The position numbers and the translations under genes are program-made. A stretch of DNA of 64,000 nt from Octopus sinensis (taxonomy: Eukaryota), in assembly GCF_006345805.1 (NCBI RefSeq), contig NC_043007.1, forward strand, positions 16,802,001 to 16,866,000, read 5' to 3'. Below the pieces are notes generated by a model that searched no databases, had not been told where the DNA came from, and worked only from the letters and a program-made list of their open reading frames with translations. This document shows, in pieces, positions 24,166-38,381 of this stretch; positions within the stretch are counted from its first letter, which is position 1; each line of letters starts with the position of its first letter.

Positions 24166-24949
24166 CGAAGATACATATACTTCTGTTTTTGTTTTTACAA
24201 TATTTTTGATATATTTAAAATATCAACATTTCAAGTGTCGATTATTTATGCCAGCTTTATTATGATTAAAATATAAATGAAATTAAATTGTAAAATAATC
24301 TATACGGAGAACAGCAAATGGTTGGATATTAAATAGAATAGTTTTATATTAAGGAAAAATAGAGATTTTATTATTATTTTTAAAATTCCCCACAAATGGT
24401 TTCAATACAGTTTTGACAGAAGGATTTGGAAGAGTTTGGAGGGTCCTCTGGTGATTTTCTTTCATGTAAATAAATGTTTATGTTAATTAAAAAAATTTGC
24501 CAGCAAAATCTTTTAAAATGACAATTTTCTAAAAGATGTACATGTTTATATGTACATCTCTCTTTTTTACTTGTTTCAGTCATTTGACTGCGGCCATACT
24601 GGAGCACCGCCTTTAGTCGAGCAAATCGACCCGACGACTTATTCTTTGTAAGCCTAGTGCTTATTCTATCAGTCTCTTTTGCTGAACTGCTAACTGACGG
24701 GGACGTAAACACACCAGCATCAGTTGTCAAGCGATGTTGGGGGACAAAGATATACACACACAAACACATATACGACGGGCTTCTTTCAGTTTCCATCTAC
24801 CACATCCACTCACAAGGCTTTGGTCGACGCGAGGCTATAGTAGAAGACACTTACCCAAGGTGTCACGCAGTGGAACTGAACCCGGAACCATGTGGTTGGC
24901 AAGCAAGCTACTTACCACACAGCTACTCATAAAAATAAAAGATAGAAAC

Positions 24950-25199
24950 CAGCTGTTCTCAGCTGTGGTTCATATGACCCTTAGGGGTCCACATGAGATT
25001 TTGTCCTTAAAAGTTATGTGCAATAAATTGGTTATACTTCTACAATACACAAAATATTAAAAAAAACAATTTTTTTACACAATTCCTAATGATATCTAAT
25101 TATGAAAATACAAAAGGATTTTTTTTTAACATCAAATGGCTAGGAGGGTCCATCTGGGTAAAATTGGAATCAAAGGGGCCCAATGGTTGAGGACCACTG
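24950..25199. mobile_element. Degenerate hAT-like MITE
   Basis: CAGCTGTTCTCAGC...GGTTGAGGACCACTG termini. Related fragment at about 41766-41830. TSD not clear. Confidence 0.45.
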
Positions 25200-25269
25200 G
25201 CATAAACGAATATATAGTCTACATGTATCAACAAGAAAGATTAAATGTTTGACCACTACCTTGCTTCTG

Positions 25270-25405
25270 AAATGTGTCACTGTGCCGCCATTTCCACTCA
25301 AATTCTTTCAAATAATTATCAAATAGTTCTCCTCATGCACCCTTCAACTACTTCGAGTATAATATTGGTATAAATCTAAAAGAACTCTATACTTTATGTG
25401 TGTGT
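25270..25405 (-). pseudogene. Merlin/IS1016-like transposase C-terminal relic
   Basis: Minus strand ELFDNYLKEFEWKWRH resembles the YLxEFxWR motif. Upstream HT-SIEFF* resembles HTQxIExxW. Stops and frameshifts present. Confidence 0.45.
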
Positions 25406-26527
25406 GTGTGTGTGTGATGGTAGGCAGGATTGAAAAAGTTGAAAAGGCGGCGAGCTGGCCAAAACGTTAGCGACGCTGGGCGAAATGCTTAGCGGTATTT
25501 CGTCTGCCGTTACATTCTGAGTTCAAATTCCGCCGAGGTCGACTTTGCCTTTCATCCTTTCGGAGTCAATAAATTAAGTACCAGTTAAACACTAGGGTCA
25601 ATGTAATCGACTTAATCCCTTTGCCTGTCCTTGTTTGTCCCCTCAATGTTTAGCTCCTTGTGGGTAGTAAAGAAATAAGATTGAAAATTTTTTACAGTGG
25701 CTCACGATAGAAAGTTCATATGCACGTTACCTTCTAATCTTGTTTTCTTTTACTTGTTTCAGTCATTAGACTGTGGCCTTGCTGGGGTACCGCCTTGAAG
25801 GGTTTTTAGTCAAATAGATCGACCCTTGTACTGAATTTTGAAGCCTGGTACTTATTCTATCGGTGTCTTTTGCCAGACTACTAAATTACGGTGGCGCAAA
25901 CAAACTGACACCGGTTGTCAAGCGGTGTGTGTGTGGTGGGGGAACAAATATAGATTCAAAGACACGCACACATCAAAAAAGATCAAAGGTTCCTCCTGAG
26001 CCATAGGTTCATAAGGCCGATTTCCCAAGTTCTAGATGTACATAATTTCCTTGAACGGAATGTCGGCCCATCGCATGATAACTCATTTTTTACTATAATA
26101 CTCTAGCATCTAAACCACACACACGACGGGTTTCCGTCTACCAAATTCTCTCATTACACATTGGTCAGCCTGGGGCTATAGAAGAAGACACTTGCTCAGG
26201 GTGTCATGCAGTGGGTCTTGACCACACAGCCAAGCAACTATATATATATAGCACATTTAGAGATGGGAAGTATTGAATAATAATCCTTTCTACTGTAGAC
26301 ACAAGGCCTGAAATTTTGAGCGAGGGAGCGGCTGGTTGATTACATCAGCCCCAGTGCTCAACTGGTACGTAAGTACCAGTAACCAAAATCGACCTCAGCA
26401 GAATTTGAAATCAGAACGTTAAGAGCCGGAAAAAATGCCGTTGGGCATTTTGTCTAGTGCGCTAACAATTCTGCTAGCTCACTGCCCTAAAGTAACCAAT
26501 AGTAATGGTTTCAAATTCTGGTACAAG

Positions 26528-26682
26528 CAGGCCCATCGCCAGACTTTGAGGCCTGGTGGGGGGTGTCTTCAGAATGTTCTGGGTGGGCACTAATTTTTAA
26601 TAATGCTAACGTGTATCACTGTAAATCTGAGAGTACACCATTGAATAGTGAGGGGCAGTGTCGGGTATAAGCGACGGGCATG
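26528..26682. mobile_element. hAT-like MITE inserted in an old SINE
   Basis: TIR CAGGCCCATCGC / GCGACGGGCATG. 8-bp TSD GGTACAAG/GACACAAG. Confidence 0.5.
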
Positions 26683-26764
26683 GACACAAGGCCAGTAAAT
26701 TTTAGGGATGTAGTAAGTTGATATCGTTGACCCAGGTGCTTAACGTTTCTTATTTCTGTATTGG

Positions 26765-27128
26765 CCACAGGGGGCTAAACGTAGAGGGGACAAACAAAGA
26801 CAGACAAATGGGTTAAGTCAATTACATCAACCCCAGTGCGTAACTGGTACTTATTTAATCGACCCCGAAAGGATGAAAGGCAAAGTCGACCTCGGCGGAA
26901 TTTGAACTCGGAGCGTAAAGACAGATGAAATACCTATTTCTTTACTACCCACAAGGGGCTAAACACAGAGAGGACAGACAAACGGATTAAGTCGATTATA
27001 TCGACCCTAATGCGTAACTGGTACTTATTTAATCGACCCAGAATTTGAACTCAGACAATTTGAAGACAGACAAAATACCGCTAAGCATTTCGCTCGATGT
27101 GCTAACGTTTCTGCCAGCTCGCCACCTT
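26765..27128 (-). mobile_element. SINE family M dimer
   Basis: Junction GAAATACCTATTTCTTT at about 26933. Confidence 0.8.
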
Positions 27129-27691
27129 AAAGTATTTAATAATAACGGAAATATTTAAAGAACGAAAATATTCAATTATGAAAATATTATGCAATTTGGT
27201 CTGCTAATCTCCAATACCACCGAAATGTTAATTAAATTCGTTCTTGAGCATTGATGCAGTCACATTTAATCTGACTTCACTCTACTTTACTATATCGTCC
27301 ACAAAGCCACCCAACGCTCCAGTCAGGTTAATGAACTACACTGGCTGCGTAGTATACTACTGATTCGTCTGTGACATGTGTTTATTATGAGAAAAGAATA
27401 CAATTTGCATGCGTTATTACAAGAAATAAACAAGTTTTTACTGAGAGAAACTTGAAGGTTGGCTAATACTAAATGCTTTATCAGTAGACATTGAATACTC
27501 TCTTTACTCTCTTACTTTGTTTCAGTCATTTTGAGTGCGGCCATGCTGGAGCACCGCCTTTAGTCGAGCAAATCGACCCCGGGACTTATTCTTTGTAAGC
27601 CCAGTACTTATTCTATCGGTCTCTTTTGCCAAACCGCCAGGTGACGGGGACGTAAACACACCAGCATCGTTTATCAGCAATGCTAGAGGGA

Positions 27692-27771
<80 letters not shown>

Positions 27772-29113
27772 TACGACAGGCTTCTTTCTGTTTCCGTCTA
27801 CCAAATCCACTCACAAGGCTTTGGTCGGCCCGATGCTATAGCAGAAGACACTTGCCCAAGATGCCACGCAGTGGGACTGAACCCGGAACTATGTGGTTGG
27901 TTAGCAAGCTACTTACCACACAGCCACTCCTGTACAACCCCCTTCCCGGAAATTGTGACATGGTTATATACCACTGTCACACGTTTTTTGTTACTGTATT
28001 TTGTCCTTTGTTTCAGCCATTCGACTGCGATCATACTGGAGCACCGCTTTGAAGAGTTTTAGTCGAAGGAATCGCCCACAGTATTTTTTTAAAGCCTAGG
28101 ACTTATTCTTATTTCCTTATTGCCCAAAAGAGGCTAAACATAGAGGGGACAAACAAGGACAGACAAAGGGGTTAAGTCGATTATATCGACCCCAGTGCGT
28201 AACTGGTGCTTAATTTATCGACCCCGAAAGGATGAAAGGCAAAGTCGGCCTCGGCGGAATTTGAACTCAGAACGTAGCGGCAGACGAAATACCGCTAAGC
28301 ATTTCGCCCTGCGTGCTAAAGTTTCTGCCAGCTCGCCGCCTGGGACTTATTCTATTTAGCCAAACTGCTAAGTCACGGGTACATAAACACACCAGCACTG
28401 TTTGTCAAGCGTTGGCGGTGGGCAAACACACACACACAGAGGACAGGCTTCTTTCAGTTTCCGTCTACCAAATCCTCTCACAAGGCTTTGGTCGGCCTGT
28501 GGCTATTGTAGACGACAGCAGGACTGAACCTGGAATCATGTGGTTGGGAAGCAAACTTCCTACCACACAGCCACGCTTATTATGTCCACCATTGGTTCAA
28601 AACATCGTATGCAGTTTTGATGAAACCGCAGACCAGATCTGGTTCCTACGCAAAGCGCAAAAGATGGAAATGGTGCGAAAGTGCAAAACGAAGACCCACA
28701 TAGCATGTCCCGGTTCTTAGAAAATTCTCGTATGGAAAACGACTTTATAAGCTGGCTTTACTCACCATAAATCATAGAGGAAGAGATTAGATTATAAGAT
28801 TATGACACTACCACCCCGAGTTTACTCTTTACTCTTTTACTTGTTTCAGTCATTTTGACTGTGGCCATGCTGGAGCACCGCCTTTAGTCGAGCAAATCGA
28901 CCCCAGGACTTATTCTTTGTAAGCCTAATACTTATTTTATCGGTCTCTTTTTGCCGAACTGCTAAGTTACGGGGACGTAAACACACCAGCATCGGTGTCA
29001 AGCGATGTGGAGGGACAAATACGACACGCAAACACGCCACACACACACACACACACACAACACTCACAACCACACACCCACACACCACATATATAATACA
29101 TATATATATATAG

Positions 29114-29151
<38 letters not shown>

Positions 29152-30422
29152 GGTCCTGGTTAGGGCAGCGGACTCGCGGTGTAGGATCGCGGTTTCGATT
29201 CCCGGCCGGGCGTTGTGAGTGTTTATTGAGCGAAAACACCAAAGCTCCGTTTCTCCGGCGGGGGATGGTGGTGATCCCTGCTGTACTCTTTCACCACAAC
29301 TTTCTCTCACTCTTACTTCCTGTTTCTGTTGTACCTGTATTTCAAAGTGCCGGCCTTGTCACTCTCTGTGTCACGCTGAATATCCCCGAGAACTACGTTA
29401 AGGGTACACGTGTCTGTGGAGTGCTCAGCCACTTACACCTTAATTTCACGAGCAGGCTGTTCCGTTGATCGGATCAACCGGAACCCTCGTCGTCGTAACC
29501 GACGGAGTGCTTCCATCCATTCACATCTAGAAAGTATAAAGGGAATTAACTTAATGCTTGACTGGTTCTTTATTTTATCAATGCCAAAAGAATGAATGGT
29601 AAAGTTGATCTCAGCGCGATTTGAACTCGGAACGTAAAGGGCCATAACTAAATACTGCAAGCATTTAGCTCAATGCTCTAACGATTCTGCAAATCCACCG
29701 TTATCCGATTTGCTAGAAATAGGAGAGGGAAAGAGAAAGAGAGAGAGAGAGAGTGGGAGAGAAGAGGAATTGAACCCAGAAATGGACTGGTAACTATCTT
29801 TTACTTGTTTCAGTTGTTGAACTACGGCCATGCTGGAGCACACACACACACATTATTCAAAACAGTTTGATTCGGATTCCACACTTCTTTGAGTTTCACA
29901 GGCCCATAACGGAGCCTGTCTCCTCAGGCTCATGGAATATCCGAATTTCACATAGTTTTTAATCTGCAAAATTTGCCAACAAGGCATTGGATGGTCCGGG
30001 GTTACAGAAGACACTTGCCCAAAGTACTGCTACATACTGAGATTGAACCTGGTGCCACGCGGTTGCAAAGTGAGCTTCTTAACCACACATCCATGTCTGC
30101 GCCTATTTAATTTCTTTCTCAACCCTGAAAGCATGAAAGGCAAAATTGATCCTGGCAGGATTCGAACTCAGATAGCAACGTCTAAATGAATACAGCAATG
30201 TATATTCCATGTGATCCTGCCGCACCCCTGCTAATTCGACACCAAGAATCAAGATGAATGGATTTTATATAATGGCTGTGTGACCAAGAAGCCCGCTTTG
30301 CAACCATGTGGTTTAGGGCTGCATGGCACCTTGGTCAAGAGTTTCCTACTATAGCCCGTTGCCGACCAATCCTTTGAGAGAGAACTTGGCAGGCAGAAAC
30401 TATGTGGAATCTTGTGTATGTA

Positions 30423-30508
<86 letters not shown>

Positions 30509-30841
30509 CCAGTCTGTCAGTTCGTATATCTACCTACCTATATGTCTGTCTGTCTGTCTAACTATTAATCTGTCTATTTACCTATTTCTTTACTACCTAC
30601 AGGGGGCTAAACACAGAGAGGACAAACAAGGACAGACAAACGGATTAAGTTGATTATATCGACCCCAGTGCGTAGCTGGTACTTATTTAATCGACCCCAA
30701 AAGGATGAAAGGCAAAGTCGACCACGACGGAATTTGAACTCAGAACGTAGTGGAAGACGAAATACTGCTAAGCATTTTGCCCGGCGTGCTAACGTTTCTG
30801 CCAGCCCGCCGCCTTTTACCTGTCTAACCTTTGTCTGTCTG

Positions 30842-30926
<85 letters not shown>

Positions 30927-32138
30927 GTGTGAGTGTGCATGCATGTGTGTGTCTGTGTCTGTTTTTATACCCACGACCGCTTGACAACCAGTGTTGATTT
31001 ATTTACAGTGCCATAGCCTAGCGGTTCGCCAATCGAGATCAATAACATAAGTACTGGGGTCGATTTCTCCAACTAAACCCTTCAAGGCAATGCTCCAGCA
31101 TGGCCACAACCCAGTGACTGAAACAAATAAAAGAAACGATTTCTCTGACTGAATATGAAGTTCATAATCCAAATCAGTCACGTTTCACCAAATTCAATCA
31201 TTCCTTTAACAATATAGAAATAATTAAAAAAAATGAAAGAAAATATTAAGAGGTTACGCCCTCCCCTATTAAGGCCATGCTTCACATCATCACTTTGTCA
31301 CATTAGTACCCTTCTACCTTTGTACATTATTATACAAGTACCCGGGACTTTTCAGCATTCGAGTGCAACGTATCATATATCACATAACGTAACGCCACTG
31401 GAATGAATGACTATGATTTACGATGAATTGAAATGCGGGCAACAAAATACAGATTAACATTTTATATTACACAGTGTGTACATAAATAGACACGTACGTA
31501 TGTCTGTACACACGTACACACACCTATACATATATGTTTAACATTTTATATTACACACTGTGTACATAAATAGACACGTACGTATGTCTGTACACACACA
31601 CACACCTATACATATGTTTATAATTCATGTAAGTCTTTTCATGCTGTGTTGTATATAATATTGTTTAATTAATGATGTACCCTCAAAAGTATAAGTATGT
31701 GAATAAAGCTACCCACAATTGCTTTATATTTTTGCGAAATATTTTTTGGTCTTGACTAGGAAAGGAAATCGGGTACACCTTTTCTGAAGAGCGATCAAAA
31801 AATTACAGAAGGCTCGAAAGACACCTGTTGTTATGTCCTGTTATTATTTTATTGTATTTGTATAACATTGTCTGTTTTTTTTCCGTCCTTGTTTTTGTAT
31901 ACATTCGCTGCTTTCTTCCAAGGAATCTAATGCTCTTAGCTTAGTTTTTCTTTGGGGCTGGCCGGATTGGAACAATCTCAAGTATAATCAGCCGAAATTG
32001 TGAAGATAATCTGGTACTTGACCGAAGAAAGAAAACTTTGAATGACCCATCCATGTTTTCTTTGTATTATCTATCTGGATGTTTTATTGTCCCATTTTTG
32101 TATCGCCTAACTGTCCAGATATTTTGCATTCTTGTCCC

Positions 32139-32222
<84 letters not shown>

Positions 32223-32237
32223 GTATGTATGTATGTA

Positions 32238-32276
<39 letters not shown>

Positions 32277-32751
32277 TGTGTGTGTGTGTGTATTCTGATA
32301 TGTAATTGTAAAATCCTAGGTCTAAATGTAGGAAGTTAGTAGGCTTCAAGCAGTCCGAGCTAGGTATAAAAAATAGCTTTCAGGAACAATAGTAATTTAT
32401 TGACGTCGAATGTTGTAAGATTTTCTCATATCGAAGTTCAATAAGCTGAAGAAAGGTTTCTTTTTGTTTGTTTATTTTTTCCAGTTCACGGTTAGCAACT
32501 AGAGTTGCTAAGAATGCGAATAAAAATCCAAATTGAGGGAGTGGGGCAGGAAAAATTTACCTCCGGCAAGTTAACTTGGAATTTCTTAACGACAATGTCA
32601 TCGTTATATAATTATGGTATCTTTGGCTAACTGAGCACCCCTCGTTATGTAATTACTACTTCTGAGGATCTGCTAGCTAGGAAGCAAATGCAGTCTGAAT
32701 TACCTGCTCCACTCTCTCAACTTGATATGTATGTATGTATGTATGCATATA

Positions 32752-33165
32752 TATTTCTTTATTGCCCACAAGGGGCTAAACATAGAAGGGACAAACAAGG
32801 ACAGACAAAGGGATTAAGTCGATTACATCGACCCCATTGCGTAACTGGTACTTTATTTATCGACCCCGAAAGGATGAAAGGCAAAGTCGACCTCAGCGGA
32901 ATTTGAACTCAGAACGTAACAGCAGTCGAAATACCTATTTCTTTACTACCCACAAGGGGCTAAACACAGAGGGGACAAACAAGGACAGACAAAGGGATTA
33001 AGTCGATTACATCGACCCCAGTGCATAACTGGCACTTTATTTATCGACCCCGAAAGGATGAAAGGCAAAGTCGACCTCGGCAGAATTTGAACTCAGAACG
33101 TAACAGCAGACGAAATATGGCTAGGCATTTTGCCCGGCGTGCTAACGTTTCTGCCAGCTCACCGC
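32752..33165 (-). mobile_element. SINE family M dimer
   Basis: Same junction at about 32933. Confidence 0.85.
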
Positions 33166-33685
33166 ATATATGCATACGTATATGTGTGTGTCTTTGTGCT
33201 TGTCCACACACACACCGCCTGACAACTGTCGTTGGTTGTTTGCGTCCCCATAACATGGAGACAGCAAAAGAGTCCGATATAATAAATACGAGACCTAAAC
33301 TATGTAGTGAGGTCCTTGTAGACGTTCACAGCCAAGAGTGTCAAAATATTCCTTTACAAAAAAAAATTCTCAGATGGGGAATCTTTGGAATGTCTCACAT
33401 ATTCCCATTGTGCTGTTTAATATATTGGATTTTGAAGAAAGCGAGGGACTTTGTTTTGCTCTTTCTTAGAAAATTCTTTCAATTCTTGGTTTTTTTTTTT
33501 TTCATTTCTTGGTATGGGTGGACGTGTGAGAAAGAACAATAGAACGGGGTGTGAAGAGGAAGGTGAGGATGGGGGTACGGAGCAGGTTTTTTTATGAATA
33601 GAATAGCACAAATCAGTTACATTGTTTTTCGAGATTTTTAAGTAATTTGTACTAGTTTAGTTTCCTAGAAGTCCGTCTGTGGCGG

Positions 33686-33785
33686 NNNNNNNNNNNNNNN
33701 NNNNNNNNNNNNNNNNNNNNNNNNNNNNNNNNNNNNNNNNNNNNNNNNNNNNNNNNNNNNNNNNNNNNNNNNNNNNNNNNNNNNN
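33686..33785. other. Assembly gap (100 N)
   Basis: Direct reading. Confidence 1.
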
Positions 33786-34129
33786 CTTGCTCAAGGACAC
33801 AGTGCATCGCCGGGAATTGAACTCACGACTTTACGCTCGTGAGCCGAATACCCTAACCACTAAACCACGCGCTTTCACTGAGCTTCTTGTATGCAATGGT
33901 TGATGTACTGCAACTCGTCAGAAAAAGGTTAAAGTTGGGACAGAAGGCAGCAATAAGTGAAGTAAGAAAACATGACAGCAATGACAGTCAAACGTGCAAG
34001 CACAGTACACAACAAATTTTTCAAAAATGCAACGGGAAAAGAGCCACAAAGAGAAAACGGCACATAGGCACATTAGAAGTAGTGTTGGCGAAATTCAGGA
34101 AGTATAGAACTTTTTAAGGAAGCAGTGTC

Positions 34130-34240
34130 CTAATATTTATCAGCCGACACATGTTTATTCCAGGCGTCGACAATTCTGAGCGTGAAGGAAGAAAAAAAAA
34201 AGAAAAAGTTTCGGAAAGTCATTAGTGCTGCGCTATTTCT
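34130..34240 (-). mobile_element. Possible CR1-type LINE 3' relic
   Basis: RNFF...FTLRIVDAWNK resembles FFSxRVVxxWNxLP. Confidence 0.45.
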
Positions 34241-34737
34241 CGATTTAATAAGCATGTTCGCCGATGGTAGAGCTATAGAGTTTAAAAAAAAAAGGGGGTT
34301 CAAAGCTGTCATTGGAAAGATGGTGGATAATTTTGTGTGCTTCTAACAAATTAAGCGCTCAGTGTCAAAAGTGTAGTGAGTCAATTGTCCAGAGAAGCCA
34401 GACGTTGAAGATATGATAGGCGACTGACGAAGGGTATTAGTCCGGTTGCACGTCTCTGAACAGCTTCCATGTAACGAATTTTAAGGACGTGAATGCGGTC
34501 TCAGATTGAAATTCAAGCGATGGATTTTGTTTCAATGTTAGAATCCAGTTCCTTCCTCCTATTTATAAGAATTCTTCTTTCTAGGAAAAATTCGAATATA
34601 TATAAAGTGGATTTATGTATGCATGCATGCGTAAATCCACTGTATGTATGCATGTATGTATGTATGTATGTATGTATGTATGTATGTATGTATGTACGTA
34701 GATATGTATGTATGTATGTATGCATGTGTGTACGTAG

Positions 34738-34768
<31 letters not shown>

Positions 34769-35055
34769 TGTATGTATGTATGTATGTATGTATGTATGTA
34801 TGTATGCGTGTGTATGCATATATTTATGTATGTATGTATGTACGTAGATATGTATTTATTTATTCATTTATTTATTTATGAACACTGCATTCTACTAAGC
34901 TATTTTCCAGAGTTTTCTGATGAGGATAACATGATTTTGCAATATGGCTCTCTAAAAATTCGTGTTTGTCCCTACACCTGCAATATTATGGGACCTCATT
35001 ACATGATATACATATTTATGGCACCAATCATTGATTTTCTGAAACAGGTGTTAAG

Positions 35056-35120
<65 letters not shown>

Positions 35121-35732
35121 CATTATTAGAGGGATTATATATTAATTTGTCTTTGAAGCCACTATTGGCTAAAGCATTGTCATAATAGGGGAAGCTTTCT
35201 CGAAAATTTCTTTGGAAGAGAGTTCAGACACTCTGTTACAAATGTTAGCTATCAGGTTTTTAACTATTACAAGAGGGTGACAAGATTGTTTACGTATTAA
35301 CAGTATATGAGTTTCTCATTAGCCTTACACACACACAACACACACCACACACACACACACAGACACACACACACACACACACACACACTAACACACACAC
35401 TCACACACATTTGCATATATATTAGAGAGAAAAGGACAACAAAAACCAAGGTACGACGAGTATCTCAAGCCATTTAGAATATTTAATTAGAATAAATTAA
35501 CTAATTAATTAATTACTTCAAATTCACCTTACTCTAGTTAAGTATTCTAAATGACTTAAGATACTCGTCCTGGCTTGGTTTTTGTTGTTCTTTTCCCTCT
35601 AATACTACGGATCCCTAGCGCCAGCCTCAGCTGTGAACTTGTGACCAATTATAGCATTTACACACCGTACCTATTCGTTTAGATCACCAGTAAACTAAAC
35701 ACCTCATATTCTCCCTCCCCCTCTCTCTCTCC

Positions 35733-35813
<81 letters not shown>

Positions 35814-36287
35814 GTGTGGCTGTGTGGTAAGTAGCTTGCTTACCAGCCACATGGTTCCGGGTTCAGTCCCACTGCATGGCACCATGGGCAAGTGTCTTCT
35901 ACTATAGCCTCGGGCCGACCAAAGCCTTGTGAGTGGATTTGGTAGACGGAAACTGAAAGAAGCCCGTCGTATATATGTATATATATATATATATGTGTGT
36001 GCGTGTATGTTTGTGTGTCTGTGTTTGTCCCCCTAGCATTGCTTGACAACCGATGCTGGTGTGTTTGTATCCCCGTCACTTAGCGGTTCGGCAAAAGAAA
36101 CCGATAGAATAAGTACTGGGCTTACAAAGAATAAGTCACGGGGTCGAGTTGCTCGACTAAAGGGGATGCTCCAGCATGGCCGCAGTCAAATGACTGAAAC
36201 AAGTAAAAGAGTAAAGAGTAACTAAAATATTACATTCGTGAAATAGATTTAATAGTTGATCGTTGGACTTTCGGTATAGTTATAGGC

Positions 36288-36705
36288 GACAAGCTGGCAG
36301 AAACGTTAGCGCGCCGGGCGAAATGCGTAGCCGTATTTCGCCTGCTGTTACGTTCTGAGTTCAAATTCCGCCGAGGTCGACTTTGCCTTTCATCCTTTCG
36401 GGGTCGATTAAATAAGTACCAGTTACGCACTGGGGTCTATATAATCGACTTAATCCGTCTGTCTGTCCTTGTTTGTCCCTTCTGTGTTGAGCCCCTTGTG
36501 GGTTGTAAAGAAATAGGTATTTCGTCTGCTGTTCCATTCTGAGTTCAAATTCCGCCGAAGTGGACTTTGCCTTTCATCCTTTCGGGGTCGATTAAATAAG
36601 TACCAGTTATGCACTGGGGTCGATATAATCGACTTAATCCGTTTGTCTGTCCTTGTTTGTCCCCTCTGTGTGTTTATTTAGCCCCTGTGGGTAGTTAAGA
36701 AATAG
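36288..36705 (+). mobile_element. SINE family M dimer
   Basis: Junction AAAGAAATAGGTATTTCG at about 36516. Confidence 0.85.
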
Positions 36706-37573
36706 GTGTAGTTATCGCTACCTCATGGAGAAGAGGGAAAGCAAAGAAATAAGCAATTGCTGCCTTTTGTGAAAGACTTTTTCTTTCTTTTTTTTTTTGT
36801 CCAAAACATTTAATCTTTTAACATTCTCCCTCTCCAATTCCGTGTCTTTTCCGGTAAATTTTTACTGGTAGTTTTCTCCATGACGTTATGATAGCTATTC
36901 CGAAAGTCCACTATTACACCCGTCTCACGAATGTAATAACTATTGCAAGGGACATAACTACTACAATAGTGGAAAGACTGGAAACGTAAAATTTTAATAA
37001 TTCTTTCCAGGCTTTTATCAACCAAACAAAAAAAAAACTGGAAAGTAAATTAATATTTCATTACACCCTTGCTTTAATTTCGTGATTTGACTATTTCTTG
37101 TGTGCTTTTTTTATTTTTCTAATAGAATTATGATACAAGATTACAGAATTCTTTAGATATCCTATTTCTTTAAATTAATTTGTATGCTTTGAAAGATTTA
37201 ATTGTATAAGTTGTTCCCCTTAGAATCATTGAGATTTCAGAATCAGAAAAGCAGATATTGTCTATAAATTTATATGCTGCACTAGGTTAGGATAATTGTT
37301 AGAGCGACCCGCAAACATAAAATTTTTTGCCGATAATTTTTTTCTATTTCGGTTCCTCATGTTATTAGTTCAAACCCCACAGTCTACCTTTCTTCTTATC
37401 GGTACCGGTAAAATAAAATAATGTAGCAATCAAGTACTGGGGTCGATTTAATCGATTTATGGCCTTGTGCCTTTGTCAGGAATTCATTATCAATAAAAGT
37501 TATTTAGCAGAAGTGTCCAGGTTTTTTGATAAGAGCAGCTTATGATATTTTCACATTCAAAGGCCGCTATATA

Positions 37574-37967
37574 TCTCTCTATATATATAAAGCTGAAGTT
37601 GTCTGTGTATGGTAGGTTTGGTAGCCTTCAACTAACACTATCTCCTCCGAGACCCTGCGGCACAAGTTGACCAAAATTGAGAGTATGATAGAAGAAGGCT
37701 TGCTCTTCCTTCCGTAGAAGATAACATTCAAATCGGACCATGCTAATACCAAAAATTATTTACATCAAAAAGGTGCTTTTTTTCTATGAAAATCCCTATT
37801 TTTTACGATTTTTTTGCTGCTGTGTTGCCATTTTTCGGTATATTTCAACCAGAAAAATGTTCACTTAAAGAGAATAACAAGCTACATAATGCAAAATTTT
37901 TACTTTTCAAAAATTCCAATTCTAAAGGGTCGAAACAAACCCGAGGAACGCCGGGCGATACTGCTAG
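37574..37967 (+). mobile_element. Non-autonomous Helitron (same family as 19046)
   Basis: TC start, hairpin, CTAG|T end. Near-identical to 19046-19437. Confidence 0.85.
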
Positions 37968-38381
37968 TGTTTTTTAAAATTATATTCTATGGGCGCAGGC
38001 GTGGCTGTGTGGCGTAGAAGCTCCCTTTGCCACCACGGGGTTTCGGATTGAGCCTTGCTCACGACACCTTGGGCAAACATCTTTTACTGCAGCCTCGAGC
38101 TGACCAATGCCTCGTTAATGAGTTTGGCAAAAGAAAACTGAGGAGAAGCCTATCGTGTGTGCCTCTTTGTATTTGCTTAAGCTTCATCGCTTGGCAACTG
38201 GTGTTGGTTTGTTTATGTGTCCGTAACTTAGCAGCTCGACAAAAGAGAACTGCTAGAATTGTGCCAGACTTTACAAAAATAAATACCGAGGGATCAGTCT
38301 GTTCCACTAAAAACTCTTAAGGCGGTGCTCCAGCATGGCTGCAGTCCAATAACTGAGGCAGGTGAAAAATAAAAGATAAAA

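Noticed and set aside
31454-31620. 84-bp tandem duplication (also 27-bp at 13962-14020 and 23-bp at 44579-44621)
   Set aside because: Ordinary local slippage duplications with no further structure of note.
31785-31835. Hammerhead-like CTGAAGAGC...GCTCGAAAG
   Set aside because: The core overlaps helix II, and no helix I/III or NUH triplet can be formed.
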